This document shows positions 26,521 through 41,931 of a stretch of 64,000 nucleotides of DNA, piece by piece. This DNA is from Octopus vulgaris (taxonomy: Eukaryota). The translations under genes were made by a program, and so were the position numbers. The notes under the pieces were generated by a model, which saw only the letters and a program-made list of their open reading frames with translations, did not search any database and had not been told where the DNA came from. Within the stretch, counting starts at the first letter, position 1, and each line of letters starts with the position of its first letter. The stretch covers positions 54,374,001-54,438,000 of the forward strand of contig OX597828.1 in NCBI GenBank assembly GCA_951406725.2, written 5' to 3'.

Positions 26521-27233
26521 ATAAATAAAATTTTCTTCACATACGAACATCCTCATATCAATTGAAGTGTTAGATAGAAATTAAAGAACTCATCACTCAC
26601 GAGTAAAGCAAAATAACAAGAGATAAAATGAAAATAAAATAATAAATAATGTAAAAAAACCAACGTAAAAATACATGCAAATAATATAAAAGAATATTTT
26701 TCACCGAAATAATTACACACATGGACGAGTGAGAGACACAACAGTTAGTAATTTAAAGATTCTACAGAATTCATGGATAATGCATAAAGTCAAAGAGGTC
26801 TTTTATTCCAAGAAATTGTGTTCAGCATCAATAAACTTCTAAAGTTCAGAAAGTCACAAAAACATCACAGAAATCATTTGAACTTTCAGGAATTTTACTC
26901 AGACATCAATCACAGCACAATAAGTTTTTCAACATATTAATCCGGGGTAAACAAAGTACACACACACACACACATACACACACACACACACACACACATA
27001 CACATAAATAGAAAACATCTACAGAACTATACATACATACATACATACATACATACATACATACATACATACATACATACATACATACATACATGCATGC
27101 ATACATACATACACACACACACACATACATACATACATAATACATACATACACACACACATACATAAATATATTCGCTAACACATTCACATCCATATACA
27201 AGTATAAATATACACATTCACATCCAATTACAA

Positions 27234-27287
<54 letters not shown>

Positions 27288-27639
27288 GTAGATATACATG
27301 TACGTATGTGTGTGTGTGTGTATGTGTCTGTGTGTATGAATGTATGTATAGACTGTGGTGTATAAATTTTATATAAGATAAAAAAAAAGAGGTTGTCAGA
27401 ATTTTGGATAATTCTTTACTACTGCGTTCGCCTCGTTCGTTTCCCAGACTCATTAGATGTGATCTTTTATAGAGAATATTTTTGCCTTTATAAAAATCTG
27501 GAAAAAAATATTTTGTTATCTATATGTGTGTATATATGCGGTCGTACACATGTGCAAGCACATGCGTGTAGAGAACTTATAAAACATGTCAGTATAAAAT
27601 TCAATATACATAGATATTTGCACACACACACGTATATAT

Positions 27640-27950
<311 letters not shown>

Positions 27951-27952
27951 TG

Positions 27953-27983
<31 letters not shown>

Positions 27984-28067
27984 GATAAACTTACTTGTAA
28001 ATGGATGCGTGGCGTTCAATCATATAATAATATAAATAATATATATATATATATATATAATATACTT

Positions 28068-28720
28068 AGAGCCCGAATCCTGAAAACGTGGCTAACGGCG
28101 GATCTGTTCCTAGTGAAGGCAGATGAGGGCGATGCCTTGCAAGCTGGCTATAAAGGCGGACTACGACAAACTGTAGTTCCTGCAGCTTGCCGCAGGAGAC
28201 CTGCGAACAGGACCAGTCGGGCTGGTTCCAAGGCGGAGCATAGGATCTTATCCACCAACTCCGGTGGCTCGTTGCAGCAGAAGACAAGGGTCAATCGTCT
28301 CGAGACTTCTCTTGCCATAGAAACCCGCCTCGCCTTCTGTCAAGCGCGTGCAGCAGAGAACTTTGCATCCTCTCCGGCACCTTAAACTTTACGCAGCACA
28401 AGCTTCGCCTTTCATCCTTCATTCTCTTAAATCCTCTCTGCAAGTCCTGCGGCGATGGGATCATCTTGTGACGGGAGCAGACTAGGATGTAGTTGGAAAC
28501 CTCTAGCTGGAGTTCTGTACGTAGGCGGCATAGGTAAGGTGGTCGTTGTTGGATGGACCCGTGGACGAACATCCACCTAAGTCCTGCTTGTGCGACCAGG
28601 CAACCCTTTTCATGGATAGTACTGCCTGACCCAGATGGGGAAGGGCCTAGAAAATGTGGCTCAGAAAAATCTCGTCCTTACTTGCTCGACTGGGTAACCA
28701 CTCCCAGTGAATTATCTCCA
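28068..28720 (+). mobile_element. GC-rich probable LINE (RTE-like) 5' region
   Basis: GC island with gcgaccaggcaaccc...gcctgacccagatggggaagggcctagaaaa, resembling RTE 5' leaders from recall; no diagnostic protein motif. Confidence 0.35.
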
Positions 28721-29957
28721 AACATGCGGTTTTTAAAAATTGAATGGCTATGGGGGGGGGTCTACCAGAATAAAATGGTAATCAACGAATTCCATAGATA
28801 AAACATGGTGGAGAAACCACGGACTAAACGTTTCAAGCCAGTACTCCAGTATGGCTATAGTCTTTGACTGGAACAAGTGAAAGAAAGGTTTTGCCGGTCC
28901 CTTGCTACTTTCAGTTCCGCTTTGTATGTAGGCGCAGAAGGTCTTCAGGCAAGTTGTGACTGGAAATTGATGGAGCTTGCACAATGTTACTGGTTTCGTT
29001 GTCGTTGGTGTTGGAGTTGTCACGTGTCATACTGGTGTTCTGTCGGGGTGGAGATTGCTATCAGCAAGTGCGAGTCAGACTCGTGAGTAGAGCGTGGTTG
29101 CTTCAGTGCATTTTCCTTGCCATCCTCCGAGTCAATACTTATTCCATTTTGTCTGCTTAGACAATGAGGCTGTTTCAATTACAGGAAATCGGACAAATGT
29201 GTGAATTTAGTTGCTTAATTTTCTTATTTTTTTCCGTTTCCTTCTTTCTTTTCCTTTTTATTTTATTTAAATGTCATCGAGGATAAATAATTATTCAACA
29301 CTAAAAAACCCCAAAAGTAGAAGTGGAGTAAGAAAAGAATAAGATGGGTTTTTGGAATTCTTGAAGAATACAATGGAAGAATTCTATAGAAAAAAATTCA
29401 GCAGAGAAAAAATACCAGATGACGAACTTTTGAAGCAATAAATGAATATGCAAATAAAAAAGAATATATTTATGACATAACTGTTGAAGTGGATTGTTGC
29501 AGGGGCATTAAATTAGAGAAACGGACAAAACAACAATATTGTGGTAATAGAATAATACAAAAGAATTGAAGGATTAAGGAAGATTGAAAGAGGTATGAAT
29601 AAAGTATTGAAAATTACTGAAAAACATGATAAAATGAAACGAAAGGAAATCTTAGCAATGGGGGTACTGTTTTGAAAGAATGGTTAATATTTCAAAAATT
29701 GAAGTGGTGGCCTTATATGAAATGAAATAGATTTAAAAAAAAATAAATATATAATAAAATAAGAATGACGATAAAATGAAAAAGATGGAAAATTGACAAA
29801 AAGAAAACTAGAAATATTGGTGAAGATAAAAATAAATAAAAATTATAAGAAAATAAATGTAAAAAATGTTTGGAAAAATATTTAGAAAAACTTTACTGAA
29901 ATGATTGTTGAAAAGGTAACGAAATAATAGATGTGTGTGTGTGTGTGTGTGTGTATA

Positions 29958-30147
29958 CAAAGTCTGTAAAAAATGTATACACACATCAGGAAAAAAAAAT
30001 CTGTATAAATATTTAACTTGTATAAATACGGCTAAAAATATAGATGCCTCTTTCGAAGATTTATCAAATTGCGATAACACAACAAAAACATTTATACAGA
30101 TTATTTTCCTTTCCTGAAGTGTGTATACATTTCTTTGGTAGACCCTG
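29958..30147. mobile_element. Decayed Tc1/mariner-type MITE
   Basis: Imperfect TIRs caaagtctgtaaaaaatgtatacacacatcaggaaa / tttcctgaagtgtgtatacatttctttggtagaccctg, TA flanks. Confidence 0.65.
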
Positions 30148-30428
30148 TATATATATATGTGTGTGTGTGTGTTAAAATGAGATAGTCTTGGTTGAGTATT
30201 GTGAGGTATAACTTTAAAGAAGGAAAAGAAAACAGAACTTTGTTTTCTCTTCCTTTTATAGTTTGCTTTGTACCATCTCGCAGCGTTCCGGCCTTAGACT
30301 ACAATCTTCTTTAAATATATATATATATATTTTATATAACTTTGGTAAATATATCTGTTAAAATGAGATGTCAGTATTATTTTCATTTTTGTGTAATTTA
30401 GATGACAATTTATTCACTACACCCTGTG

Positions 30429-30476
<48 letters not shown>

Positions 30477-30518
30477 CGTATACACGCATATATAAATGAG
30501 TGCGTGTGTATGTATGTA

Positions 30519-30562
<44 letters not shown>

Positions 30563-30565
<3 letters not shown>

Positions 30566-30962
30566 TTATACATAAAAGTAAGGTTGTGTGTCTGTCCCCT
30601 ACGATTTAGATTCCTAACTACTCCCACATTTTGCGGTGCAGTTTAACCAAAACCGGGTATCTTATAGTCGTGATTCATATCGAGCCCTTCTGGGTATTAG
30701 CGCGCGACTACGATGGGTCTACGATTTAAAAAAAAAATTACCATCATTTTTTTCCATTTTAATGCATTTTTGTCGCTATTATATAAGGGAAGTAACTCTC
30801 TAAAAATGTCTACGATGAGTCAACAATTTAAAAAAAAAAATTACCATCATTTTTTTTCCATTTTTAATGCATTTTTTTGCTATTTTTTGGCTATAACTCT
30901 CTAAAAATGCTTATATAGTTATTTCCCTCACAAACCCGAGCAACGCCGGGCGATACTGCTAG
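30563..30962 (+). mobile_element. Non-autonomous Helitron
   Basis: A|TC 5' end, subterminal GC hairpin cccg agcaacgc cggg, CTAG|T 3' end, no TSD; internal ~115-bp tandem duplication (30710-30910). Confidence 0.85.
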
Positions 30963-30974
30963 TATATATAATAA

Positions 30975-31645
30975 TATTGTCATTGACTTCAGCTTCAGAC
31001 GGCTTTGGAATCTCCTGCAACTCTTCTGGACGGTCTCCTCGCTTAAGTTGATCAATGCTGCCATAATCCTTGCCTTCAGTTCATCTTTGGTGCTACAGGG
31101 AGTTTTCTTGGTCTCTAGATCAACTGCACCCAACACATAATAATCAGAGGGGTTACAGTCTTTCGAGTTAGGTGGCCAGATGCTAGGGGTGATGTGGTGG
31201 CAGAAATTATCTGACAGCCATGACTGGGTTCACCTGCTTGTGTGGCATGGTGCAGAGTCCTGTTGCAAGACATAGGGTCTTCCAGCAGCCACCCTCTTGA
31301 TCCAGGGTAGAAGTATCTCCTCCAGGTACTTAATGTAGGCCTCCGTATTGAGTCTGAGGCCGTATGGGAAGATAAATGGAGGAATAACGTCACCATCACT
31401 AGTGATCACTCCAAACACCATGATATTAACTGGATGTTTGATTTTTATCGTACTGGAGTTTCCGAGCAGTACAGCATGTCGTTTCAAAATTTCTGGCTGA
31501 GTGAATTGTGTCATGGGCTGTTTTTCGCATAGACGGTGCCCAACTGACTCTACTATGCTGTGTAGTTGACAAAATATAAAAAAAAAACTGCGCATTTCAC
31601 GAAATTAAAAATATAGAACGGCGACAATTTACCCATCGCACCCCT
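30975..31645 (-). mobile_element. Tc1/mariner (maT/DD37D-like) transposase remnant, internally deleted
   Basis: IMVFGVITSDG...PPFIFP...YVLQQDSAPCHTS, then WPPNSKDCNPSDYYVLG...DELKARI...CRRFQSRL across frameshifts. Confidence 0.88.
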
Positions 31646-31711
31646 TACACTCATCTATATAAGCATGTATATGTATTATGTATTACAGATATATATGACT
31701 CTCCCCAGAGT

Positions 31712-31870
31712 CAGGTGTCGCTGTGTGGTATGAACTTTGCTTCACATCCATATGGTTCCGGGTTCAGTGCCACCGCGTGCAACCTTTGGCAAATGGCTTC
31801 TACTATAGCTTTAGGTCAACCAAACCTTGTGAGTGGATTTGGTAGACGGAAACTGAAAGAAGCCCGTCGT
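31712..31870 (+). mobile_element. SINE family B, diverged 5' half
   Basis: ggttccgggttcagtgccaccgcgtg...gagtggatttggtagacggaaactgaaagaagcccgtcg. Confidence 0.8.
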
Positions 31871-31992
31871 GTATACATGCAGTCGAATGACTGAAGGAAG
31901 TGAAAGATAAACTGTAAAGATATATTACTTATATAATCTTGAGTATACTTTCTTATGTGTGTGTGTGTGTGTGTGTATGTATGTGTGTGTGT

Positions 31993-32056
<64 letters not shown>

Positions 32057-32641
32057 TGGATTATCGATACTTTGTAAGCGTTCTTGTTTCCTTTTCCGAG
32101 ATAGAGGTCGAAAGATGTGGAGTATTTATCGTCTCAAGTGTAATGATATCTTTTAGAAATGTTAGAGAAATAACTGAAAAGAAAATAAAGAAGAAAATGG
32201 CTTAAGGATATTAGAAATATTAAAAGAATAAAAATTGAAAAACCATTCACTTCCATCACAACCATCGCCAACAGTAAAAGCAGCGACATCTATTCCAGTA
32301 TCATATAATGATTGCTTTTCACTTGGCATGAAACCAGATATTATTTGTACTGGCAGGAGTATATGTAGATTAAATCGATATCAACCAGTTTATGGTTTAT
32401 ACACTATTGATCTCCAGGAAGTCAATACAAACTCATTTACCCTGTGTTTTTATTAAAAAATCTGTTTTTTGCTTTGTTCCTTTCTATGAAATTGAACCAG
32501 TGACTAAAACATCCAGGGAGACTAAAGCGTTCAGTCTGAAACGACCGAAGCTGAATTAGCAATACATTTTTGTGTATGTACGTTTGTGTGTATGTTAGAA
32601 TATGCAAGTATATATGTATATGAACCAATTTATATGCATAT

Positions 32642-32682
<41 letters not shown>

Positions 32683-32683
<1 letters not shown>

Positions 32684-33017
32684 TCTTTTACTCTTTTACT
32701 TGTTTCAGCCATTTGACTGTGGCCAGGCTGGAGCACAGTCGAGCAAATCGACCCCAGGACTTTTCTTCGTAAGCCTAGTTCTTATTCTAGCGGTCTCTTT
32801 TGCCGAACTGCTAAGTTACGGGCACGTAAACACACCAGCATCGGTTGTTAAGCGATGTTGGGGGGACAAACACAGACACACAAACACACACACACACTCA
32901 CATATATATATATACATATATACGAAGGGCTTCTTTCAGTTTCCCTCTACCAAATCCACTCACAAGGCTTTGGTCGGCCCGAGGCTATAGTAGAAGACAC
33001 TTGCCCAAGGTGCCACA
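32683..33017 (-). mobile_element. SINE family B, head-truncated
   Basis: Reverse complement of the family B CORE-like part, internal microsatellite and 3' half. Confidence 0.85.
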
Positions 33018-33039
33018 CATACATATACATGTATGTATG

Positions 33040-33092
<53 letters not shown>

Positions 33093-33821
33093 CAGTGTAC
33101 ATTTAAACTTATAAACACATTTTTTTTACTCAATTAGAAAGTCAGACTTCCTACTTGACTAACAACTTTGGCGTCTACTCTTAACTATTTTATTACTGTA
33201 ATCGCACTCCCAAAGAATTATGATTACTATCTATTTTGAAAATTTACTCTTTTCTGTGTATTATTCTTTTATTAAAGATCACACATTTGTCGTCTTATTT
33301 ACAGTACTATATATTTATACTCCACCAATATCTTTGTGGTCTATATTTTCCCTAGTATATCTATCCAGATGTCTGTAAGTGCAGTATATTTCTGTGAAGG
33401 TGTCTAGAAGTCAGCTGTTTTATGGATGTAGACTTTGTTACGTCGTGTAATATTTTGTCCATTTAAAACGATCTAGTCTTTTTTGTTCCGTTCATGTATC
33501 CCACTTAAAACTTTTGCTATTTGACTACAGCTGTAGTGAGTTCTCTTATGAAAACACCATAACTATGGAACAGAGCATACGTGGGCAGCATTGGTTGATT
33601 TTGATTTATATGTCTATAGCTGGTATCAGTCCTATTTGTGCACTATGAATATATGTATGAATAGATACATTCATACTTTACATCATATATAAATTGATGG
33701 ATCAAAGCCCCGTAGTATCATGTATGAAAACTCGTAGGAAGACCTTCATGTCAATATTGTAATGAGTGAATTATATAAGCATTGGTTGTAAGTTCATATA
33801 TAAAAAAAATTGAAACAGCTT

Positions 33822-33859
<38 letters not shown>

Positions 33860-34255
33860 CATGTATTTTTGAGTATGTATGAATTGATGTCTTAAAGGTA
33901 TATAATTTTATGCATTGTGAGAGACATCTCCATGTGTATTTAAATCTCATAACATGGGATGTATTAGATGGCGAAAAATAACCGATTCTTATTTGTATAC
34001 CAGTATCTCCTTTATATACTACACCAAGCGTGTACTGAACTGTTTTGATTTTTTTATAGAATATATAGGATATTTTGAATTTATTTCAATAGAAAATAGT
34101 TTGAATTTCACAGAATAGAGAATATATTTTTTTAATTAATGAATTCCCAAAAAATGCCTCGTAGGTTATTCTTAACAATGGAAGGCTGCAGAAACATCGT
34201 CATATACATACATACCTACTTAGACACACACACACACATACATAAATACACATAC

Positions 34256-34288
<33 letters not shown>

Positions 34289-34302
34289 TGTATGTATGTA
34301 TG

Positions 34303-34348
<46 letters not shown>

Positions 34349-35402
34349 TACACACATATATATATACATATATACACACGCACACATACACACACACATA
34401 TATATAAATAAATAAATAATAACCCTTATTTTCTCACCTATCCTTCATTTATTTACTATCTCACATTCTAAAATGTTATTTTTCTTCTCCCTTTAAATCA
34501 TCATTTATTTATATCCTATTGTATATATATTTTCCTTTTTTTAGAAATGGTATATTTTTTACTATATATATCTTACATATGCATACATGCACACACATAT
34601 ATATATATTACTTAATTTCCATCTGTCTATTTATTTAAAAAATTTTGCATCTATTTATTTCTACTTTATTTAGTTTTTACTTTATGTTATTATTCATGAA
34701 TATTTATAACTCACCTCCTAGATACACTTATTATATATAGCATTTAACTTCTTTAATCCACTATAAACCCTCCGTGCTTCCTTAAAAAATGATAACGTAA
34801 GCTCTACAAGCTCATAAAGACTCTGGAGTAGTTCTACCCCATATAGTTAGAATATGACATTTTTCTTAGCATATAACCAAATGCTTAGAATTTCTTAATC
34901 AACTAGGGGACAGCACAGAAACGTATGTAGGTTTTAAAATTCTTTTGGAGCATTTACAACTTATAATCAATGTATTTGTATTGTAATGTTTTAAAATGGA
35001 ACTTTTCAACATTTTTTAACATACAAATAAATTTTTCCTACATCCAATTCTCTCCATTTTCTTTCCTTCAATTAATAATATATACAATTACAATAATCTG
35101 TAATATATGTAGGAGCGACTTTCGCATTATAGGATAGAGATCAACCAGGGGAATTTCTTGGATTACATTATTCCTAATGTAGTTATAACGCCCCCGAATT
35201 GATTATATATATAAATGGAGTTTAACGCAGGTATAATTCAAAAACTTTTACTTCCGACACATGTTTCGAAGATATCACTGATATCATTCCATACATATAT
35301 TATATATATTATATATTATATACATACAAACATACATACATACAAAGGTAACTATTTATCTATTTTTCCGTGTTAATTGTTAACAAGGGAAAAATACACT
35401 CA

Positions 35403-35444
<42 letters not shown>

Positions 35445-35480
35445 AACATATATACATATATATACATACATACATGTATG

Positions 35481-35546
<66 letters not shown>

Positions 35547-36378
35547 TGTATATATATAAATATATATACATATGTATATACATATAAATTTGTGTGAGTG
35601 TGTATACATACATGCACGTACGTATATATACGTACATACATATAAACATAAATACATGCATACATAGACACATACATACATACATGCATAGATACATACA
35701 TAATTACATATACACACATTAGCGATGGAAGCAGTATTAATTCAGTATTAGTTCAAAATAGAATATAAATCCAACACGACATTCGTTCAAAATAGCTATT
35801 CACCGTGGACATACTTCTGAAAGCTAGAAAACTGCAGCAATATGTGTAGACGCCTAGTATATCAGTAGGAGAAGAAAAGCGATCATGAGCGACAGTAGAG
35901 TTGGTAAATCTAGATATTGCCTCTTTGAAGGTCATTAGTAGCAAGTATGCAATAGCAATCACATGCTTAGATATGCTAATAACGTATTTTAACCAGCCTG
36001 TCGGGTATTTGCGAAACTGATTAATCACTGTTTTTCAAATAACACAAGAAGCTGTATGTATGTATGTATGTATGTATGTATGTATGTATGTATGTATGTA
36101 TGTATATATTTGTTATTCTACCAGATATATACGTTATTATTATTATTTTGCAATTTACTTATTCATCAGTATATTATTGTTATTTTATTTTTAATATTTA
36201 TTATATGTAATTTTCTAGATGGTGTAATTTAATTGTTTATTTTGAATTACTAAAAGGTGTTTTTTTCTATTTTTATATATATATATATTATATTTCTAAA
36301 TTGAATTTTTCCCTGTAAGTTAGAAATAATATTCCCTCAAGTAATTATATATAAATATATAAATATATAAATATATAA

Positions 36379-36442
<64 letters not shown>

Positions 36443-36969
36443 AAAACAGGACAAGTGATACAAAGAATACAAAGAACGACCTTTGATCAGTTGTCGGCTG
36501 TCTGTCTACTCCCCATTTCGAGCAATCAACGACAATATGAGTCTTCAAAGACAGTTGCTCCCATAAATACCAAAATAAAATTTTGGATTTAATGGAGGCT
36601 CAAAGCTGGGAACAAAGACAGGACTGTAGAGACATACAAGGAAACCGAACGAAAACAAACATGGAGACCAGAACGAGGGGGAAAATAGTGAACGCCGAGA
36701 GAATTATTTTCTTTGAAAAGCCAGTGAACAGCAATGACGATACCGGTTTGACTTCGAATCTCTTTAACAATTCAAAATAACGAATTTAATTCCTCTTAAT
36801 TCTACCTCAGTTCATCTAACTGTATTTATTTATCGTTACTTTTCATAAAAAACCCCACTATTTTTTTTATATTCAACATGCATTTTCGCTTTTTCCTTCT
36901 TACTTTCCCCATATATTTCCACTTGTAGTTTCTATATTCTTTTTGAAACACACACACATACACGCACGT

Positions 36970-37063
<94 letters not shown>

Positions 37064-37444
37064 GTGGTTTCACACCGGTGAGAAACGTGCAATTAAACGG
37101 AAAAATTTTCAATGCTGTTGGGTGAAATGAAAAGATATTCTTTATTGAAAACAGTGACTACTTGAGTCGCTAATTGTAGTTTCTCGTTCCCGTTCTTCAA
37201 ACGACTGAAGTTATGATTTACGAAGCAGCATCTGTATCTTATCACAGGACGCTGAATGTAACCAATAACCGCCTTTTCCCACTCCAAAGTTGTTTTAAGT
37301 ATATATGGTTCAATTCCTTTAGATGATTACATATAAAAACTTTATTAATCATAACGTCAAGTCTTGAAAAGCAGGCAAGGGAAACTCTGAGCATCATATA
37401 TATCTGTTAGTGGAAATAAATCGAAGAATATGTACTCAATATCT

Positions 37445-37660
37445 GGTAAGCTGGCAGAATCGTTAGCACGCTGGGCAAAATGCTTAGCAGCATTTCGTCC
37501 GACTTGACGTCCTGAGTTCAAATTCTGCCGAAGTCGATTTTGCTTTTCATCATTTCGGAGTCGATAAAATAAATACCAGCCTAGCACTGGGGTCGATGTA
37601 ATCGACTTGTCTTCACTCCCCACCGAAATTTCTGGCCTTGTGCCACAAGTTGAAACTAAT
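37445..37660 (+). mobile_element. SINE family A (tail type 2)
   Basis: Family A head and central domain, tail aaatttctggccttgtgcc. Confidence 0.82.
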
Positions 37661-37833
37661 ATCCGAACTAGAGTGTATAATTTGAATTATCCGTAATGAG
37701 TTCGCATTCTCTGAGTTTCATGGGGTGCAATTTATTTTTCGATTGCTTTATAGGAACATACACAATATGCATATATACGTCCTCATACACAAGCACCTGC
37801 ATACATACATACATACATACATACATACATACA

Positions 37834-37865
<32 letters not shown>

Positions 37866-38744
37866 CACATATAGACATATACACTTACACTTACACATAG
37901 ATATATTTATATGAAGTTCTATAAACAACAGAAATAATATTTAGAATGTAGTTTGTGATGTGTTCCAGCCACATGATGTCTAAAAGAAACACAAATACAT
38001 TAAAAAAACATAATTTATTCATTTTTGAATCCTTCTGTGACCACTTCTGCTGATTTTTCAGTAACATCGCATGTGACTGTCGCCAAAGAAATTTGGACTT
38101 TGAGTCTAGCCTAAAACAAAACAACGTATGTATGTGAGTGAATGTGTACTTGTGTATGCATATGTGCATGTGTGTATATGTAGATGTATGTGTGTAGCAA
38201 TTAATCTGACAATTTCAGAATTGTTCTTGCATTAAGAACAAACCTCCCTTGAAGAATTTTCCTGAAACAAGAACTTCAACTCGCAGAATACAAGAGAAAA
38301 AAAAGCAATTATAATTGTCACAACTGCAATCAGAAACACACGAACGTCCAGAGGAGATTCATACGTACGAATGTGTGTGTATGTGTGTGTACATACATGC
38401 ATATAATATATACGCATATACACATGCATTTCTACACATGCATTGATACAGACACACCCACTCGCTCACACAGATGAGAAATAATCGTCTCCCCTTACAC
38501 GTGCATCAACACGTGTATCATATTCTTAACACACATCCACACAAACACATCCACACACGCACATGTATATGAATATATACATACATACATATATACATAC
38601 ACACACACACACACACACACATACACACACACACACACACATACACACACACACACATATATATAGATATTGAGAGAGATGGATAGATAGACATACATTT
38701 TTACGAATACATAAATGCATATGTATATGAATATATGAGTATGT

Positions 38745-38747
38745 GTG

Positions 38748-38779
<32 letters not shown>

Positions 38780-39185
38780 TGTGTGTATGTATGTATGTAT
38801 GTATGTATGTGTGTATGTATGTGTGTATGTATGTATGTATGTATGTATGTATGTATGTGTGTATGTATGTATGTATGAATGTGTGTATGTATGTATGTAT
38901 GTATGTATGTATGTATGTGTGTATGTATGTATGTATGAATGAATGAATGTATGAACGTATGTATGTATGTATGTATGCATGTATGTATGTATGTATGTAT
39001 GTATGTATGTATGTATGTATGTATGTGTGTATGTATGTATGTATGTATGTATGTATGTGTGTATGTATGTATGTATGTATGTATGTATGAATGAATGAAC
39101 GTATGTATGTATGTATGTATGTATATATGTATGTATGCATGTATGTATGTATGTATGTATGTATGCATGTATGTATGTGTGTATG
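38745..39185. repeat. (TATG)n/(TGAA)n microsatellite
   Basis: Direct reading. Confidence 0.95.
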
Positions 39186-39328
39186 TGGACAGAAAGAGAG
39201 AGTGATAAAGAGAGAGAGAGAGAGAGAGAAGGAGAGAAAGATTGTTTCAATTTTGATTAATTGTAGACAATTGTAATTTCTAAAAGATAGAATGCCCTAC
39301 AGAAAAACGAAAACACACACACACAGAT

Positions 39329-39393
<65 letters not shown>

Positions 39394-39662
39394 AACATAT
39401 ACACACAATATATATATGCACAGATGTACACTAAACTTATAAAGACATGTAAACGCATAATCCTTCAACAATGGTATGTGTATATATGACAGCATATAAA
39501 TATAAGTGTATTTGTATATATACACATATGTATACATATACACAAAATATATGTATACACATACAGGTAAATGTTTGTATGTGTGTGTGTGTATATGTGT
39601 GTGTGTATATGTGTGTATATATAAATATGCTTACATACATACGCATATGTACATACATACTC

Positions 39663-39702
<40 letters not shown>

Positions 39703-39947
39703 TAGAAATATACAAGTGTATATGTGTGTGTGTGTATGTGTGTGCTGAGATGTATAAGTATAAGTATACGTACACATATATGTGTGTGTGTAATAAGTAC
39801 TGGTATTTGTGTTTTGAAAATCTTCATTTTATATCTTTTTTCTTTTGATAAATTAAGTATATAAGCAATTCATCAGAAAATAATTTATCTCTATCTCTGT
39901 GTAAAGTGATTCTAAATGTATGCATGTATATATGTATGTATATGTAA

Positions 39948-40068
<121 letters not shown>

Positions 40069-40090
40069 TGTGTGTGTGTGTATATGTAAT

Positions 40091-40307
40091 GGTGGCGAGC
40101 TGGCAGACTCGTTAGCACGCCGGGCGAAATGCTTAGCGGCATTTCGTCTGCCGTTACGTTCCGAGTTCACATTTCGCCGATGTCGACATTGCCTTTCATC
40201 CTTTCGGGGGTCGATTAAATAAGTACCAGTTATGCATTGGGGTCGATGTAACTGACTTAATCCCTCTGTCTGTCCTTCTTTGTCCCTTCTGTGGGCAATA
40301 AAGAAAT
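40091..40307 (+). mobile_element. SINE family A (tail type 1)
   Basis: Family A head and central domain, tail ending gtgggcaataaagaaa. Confidence 0.85.
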
Positions 40308-40527
40308 ATATATATATATATATGTAGATATATGTACATATATAAATGTATGTATATCGCCAGTAGTTCATATATCCGAAAAAGAAGAACACCTTAATTC
40401 ATTATGTGTGTGTGCGTATGTGTAAGTGTTTATAAATGCGTTGCTACCTCAGTAGAACAGCCCTACCACTTAGTACTAATTACTACAAAGCCCGAAACTA
40501 ATCAGTACCGAGCAAAGACCTACTACG

Positions 40528-40584
<57 letters not shown>

Positions 40585-41119
40585 TATGTATATAATTCTA
40601 ATTCTAAAAGCACTTAAGTCAGCTTAAATCAACATTTCTGATTATCATGAAGTTACAGAATTTAGCTTCATTAATCTCATAGATTTTGTTTTGAATGAAA
40701 ATATCGGCGTCGCCTAATGAACACGTGTTCAACCTGTTGCAGGTTTTGGTGCACAAAAAGTTGAAGGGAATTTAGTGTAGCCATAAAAGCATTTTATAGT
40801 GAAATCTGTAGCGAGTCATGGTACCAGACGGTTTAACGTTACAGCTACCTGGCACTGAGTTAGCATTTCAAGGATCCATTTTATTATTTTTTTTTTGGTA
40901 AGCTTTCCAACGGATTAAGAAATCATGTTCGAGGTGGAAGATATCAACGAAATGCTCTCTTCCACTTTCGCTGTTTTTTGGGGAGTCGAGCTGCTATGTG
41001 GATCACTGAGCTGAAGTTTGAAAAATGAGGGCGGTTACCCCAGTTCACCAGCAGTGAACAGCTGATATCGTAGTACACCCCCCAGCATTAAAAGCTGAGC
41101 AAAAGAAAACATAATAATA

Positions 41120-41151
<32 letters not shown>

Positions 41152-41170
41152 AATAATAATAATAATAATA

Positions 41171-41240
<70 letters not shown>

Positions 41241-41244
41241 TTAT

Positions 41245-41580
41245 AATAAATAGAAGAGTGTTATATCATGTGAAATTGGTTGAATGATATTTCGGCATCT
41301 GGCGTGCCTTCCACAGGTCCAAATATTACATGTCAGTCTACTTCATTTTTTCGTTAAGACTATGAAGGACCGAGGTAACACATCCAGAAGTTATACACAA
41401 ATAAATAGAAGTAAAATGGAATAGACTGACCTGTAAAATAAAATGAAGTAGAGTGACATGTAATTTTCGAACCTGTGGAAGGCAACGCTAGAAGCCGAAA
41501 CATCATTCAACCAATTTCACACAATATGGCACTCTTCTATTTATTTGTGTATAAATTCTGGATGAGTTACGTCGGTCCTA
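41245..41580. repeat. Split inverted-repeat module containing a hammerhead-like motif
   Basis: 41245-41350 pairs with 41441-41547; 41364-41411 pairs with 41534-41580; CTGTGGA A GGC...GCC GAAA at 41473-41500. Confidence 0.85.
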
Positions 41581-41726
41581 TATAATAATAACTAGCACTT
41601 TCTGTGTTGACATTTTCTCAGGAAGTTTCTTCCCATCTAATATATACGTGCCTTAGGTCTCTGGTTGAGACCTGGCCGGAAGATGAAATAAAATGCAAAT
41701 CAATCGGATGATGATGATGATGATGT

Positions 41727-41764
<38 letters not shown>

Positions 41765-41931
41765 ATGATGATAATAATAATAATAATAATGATAATAATG
41801 ATAATAATAATAATAATGTTAATCATAATAATAATAATAATAATGATAATAATGATAATAATAATAATAATAATGATAATAATAATAATAATAATGATAA
41901 TAATAATAATAATAATAATAATGATAATAAT

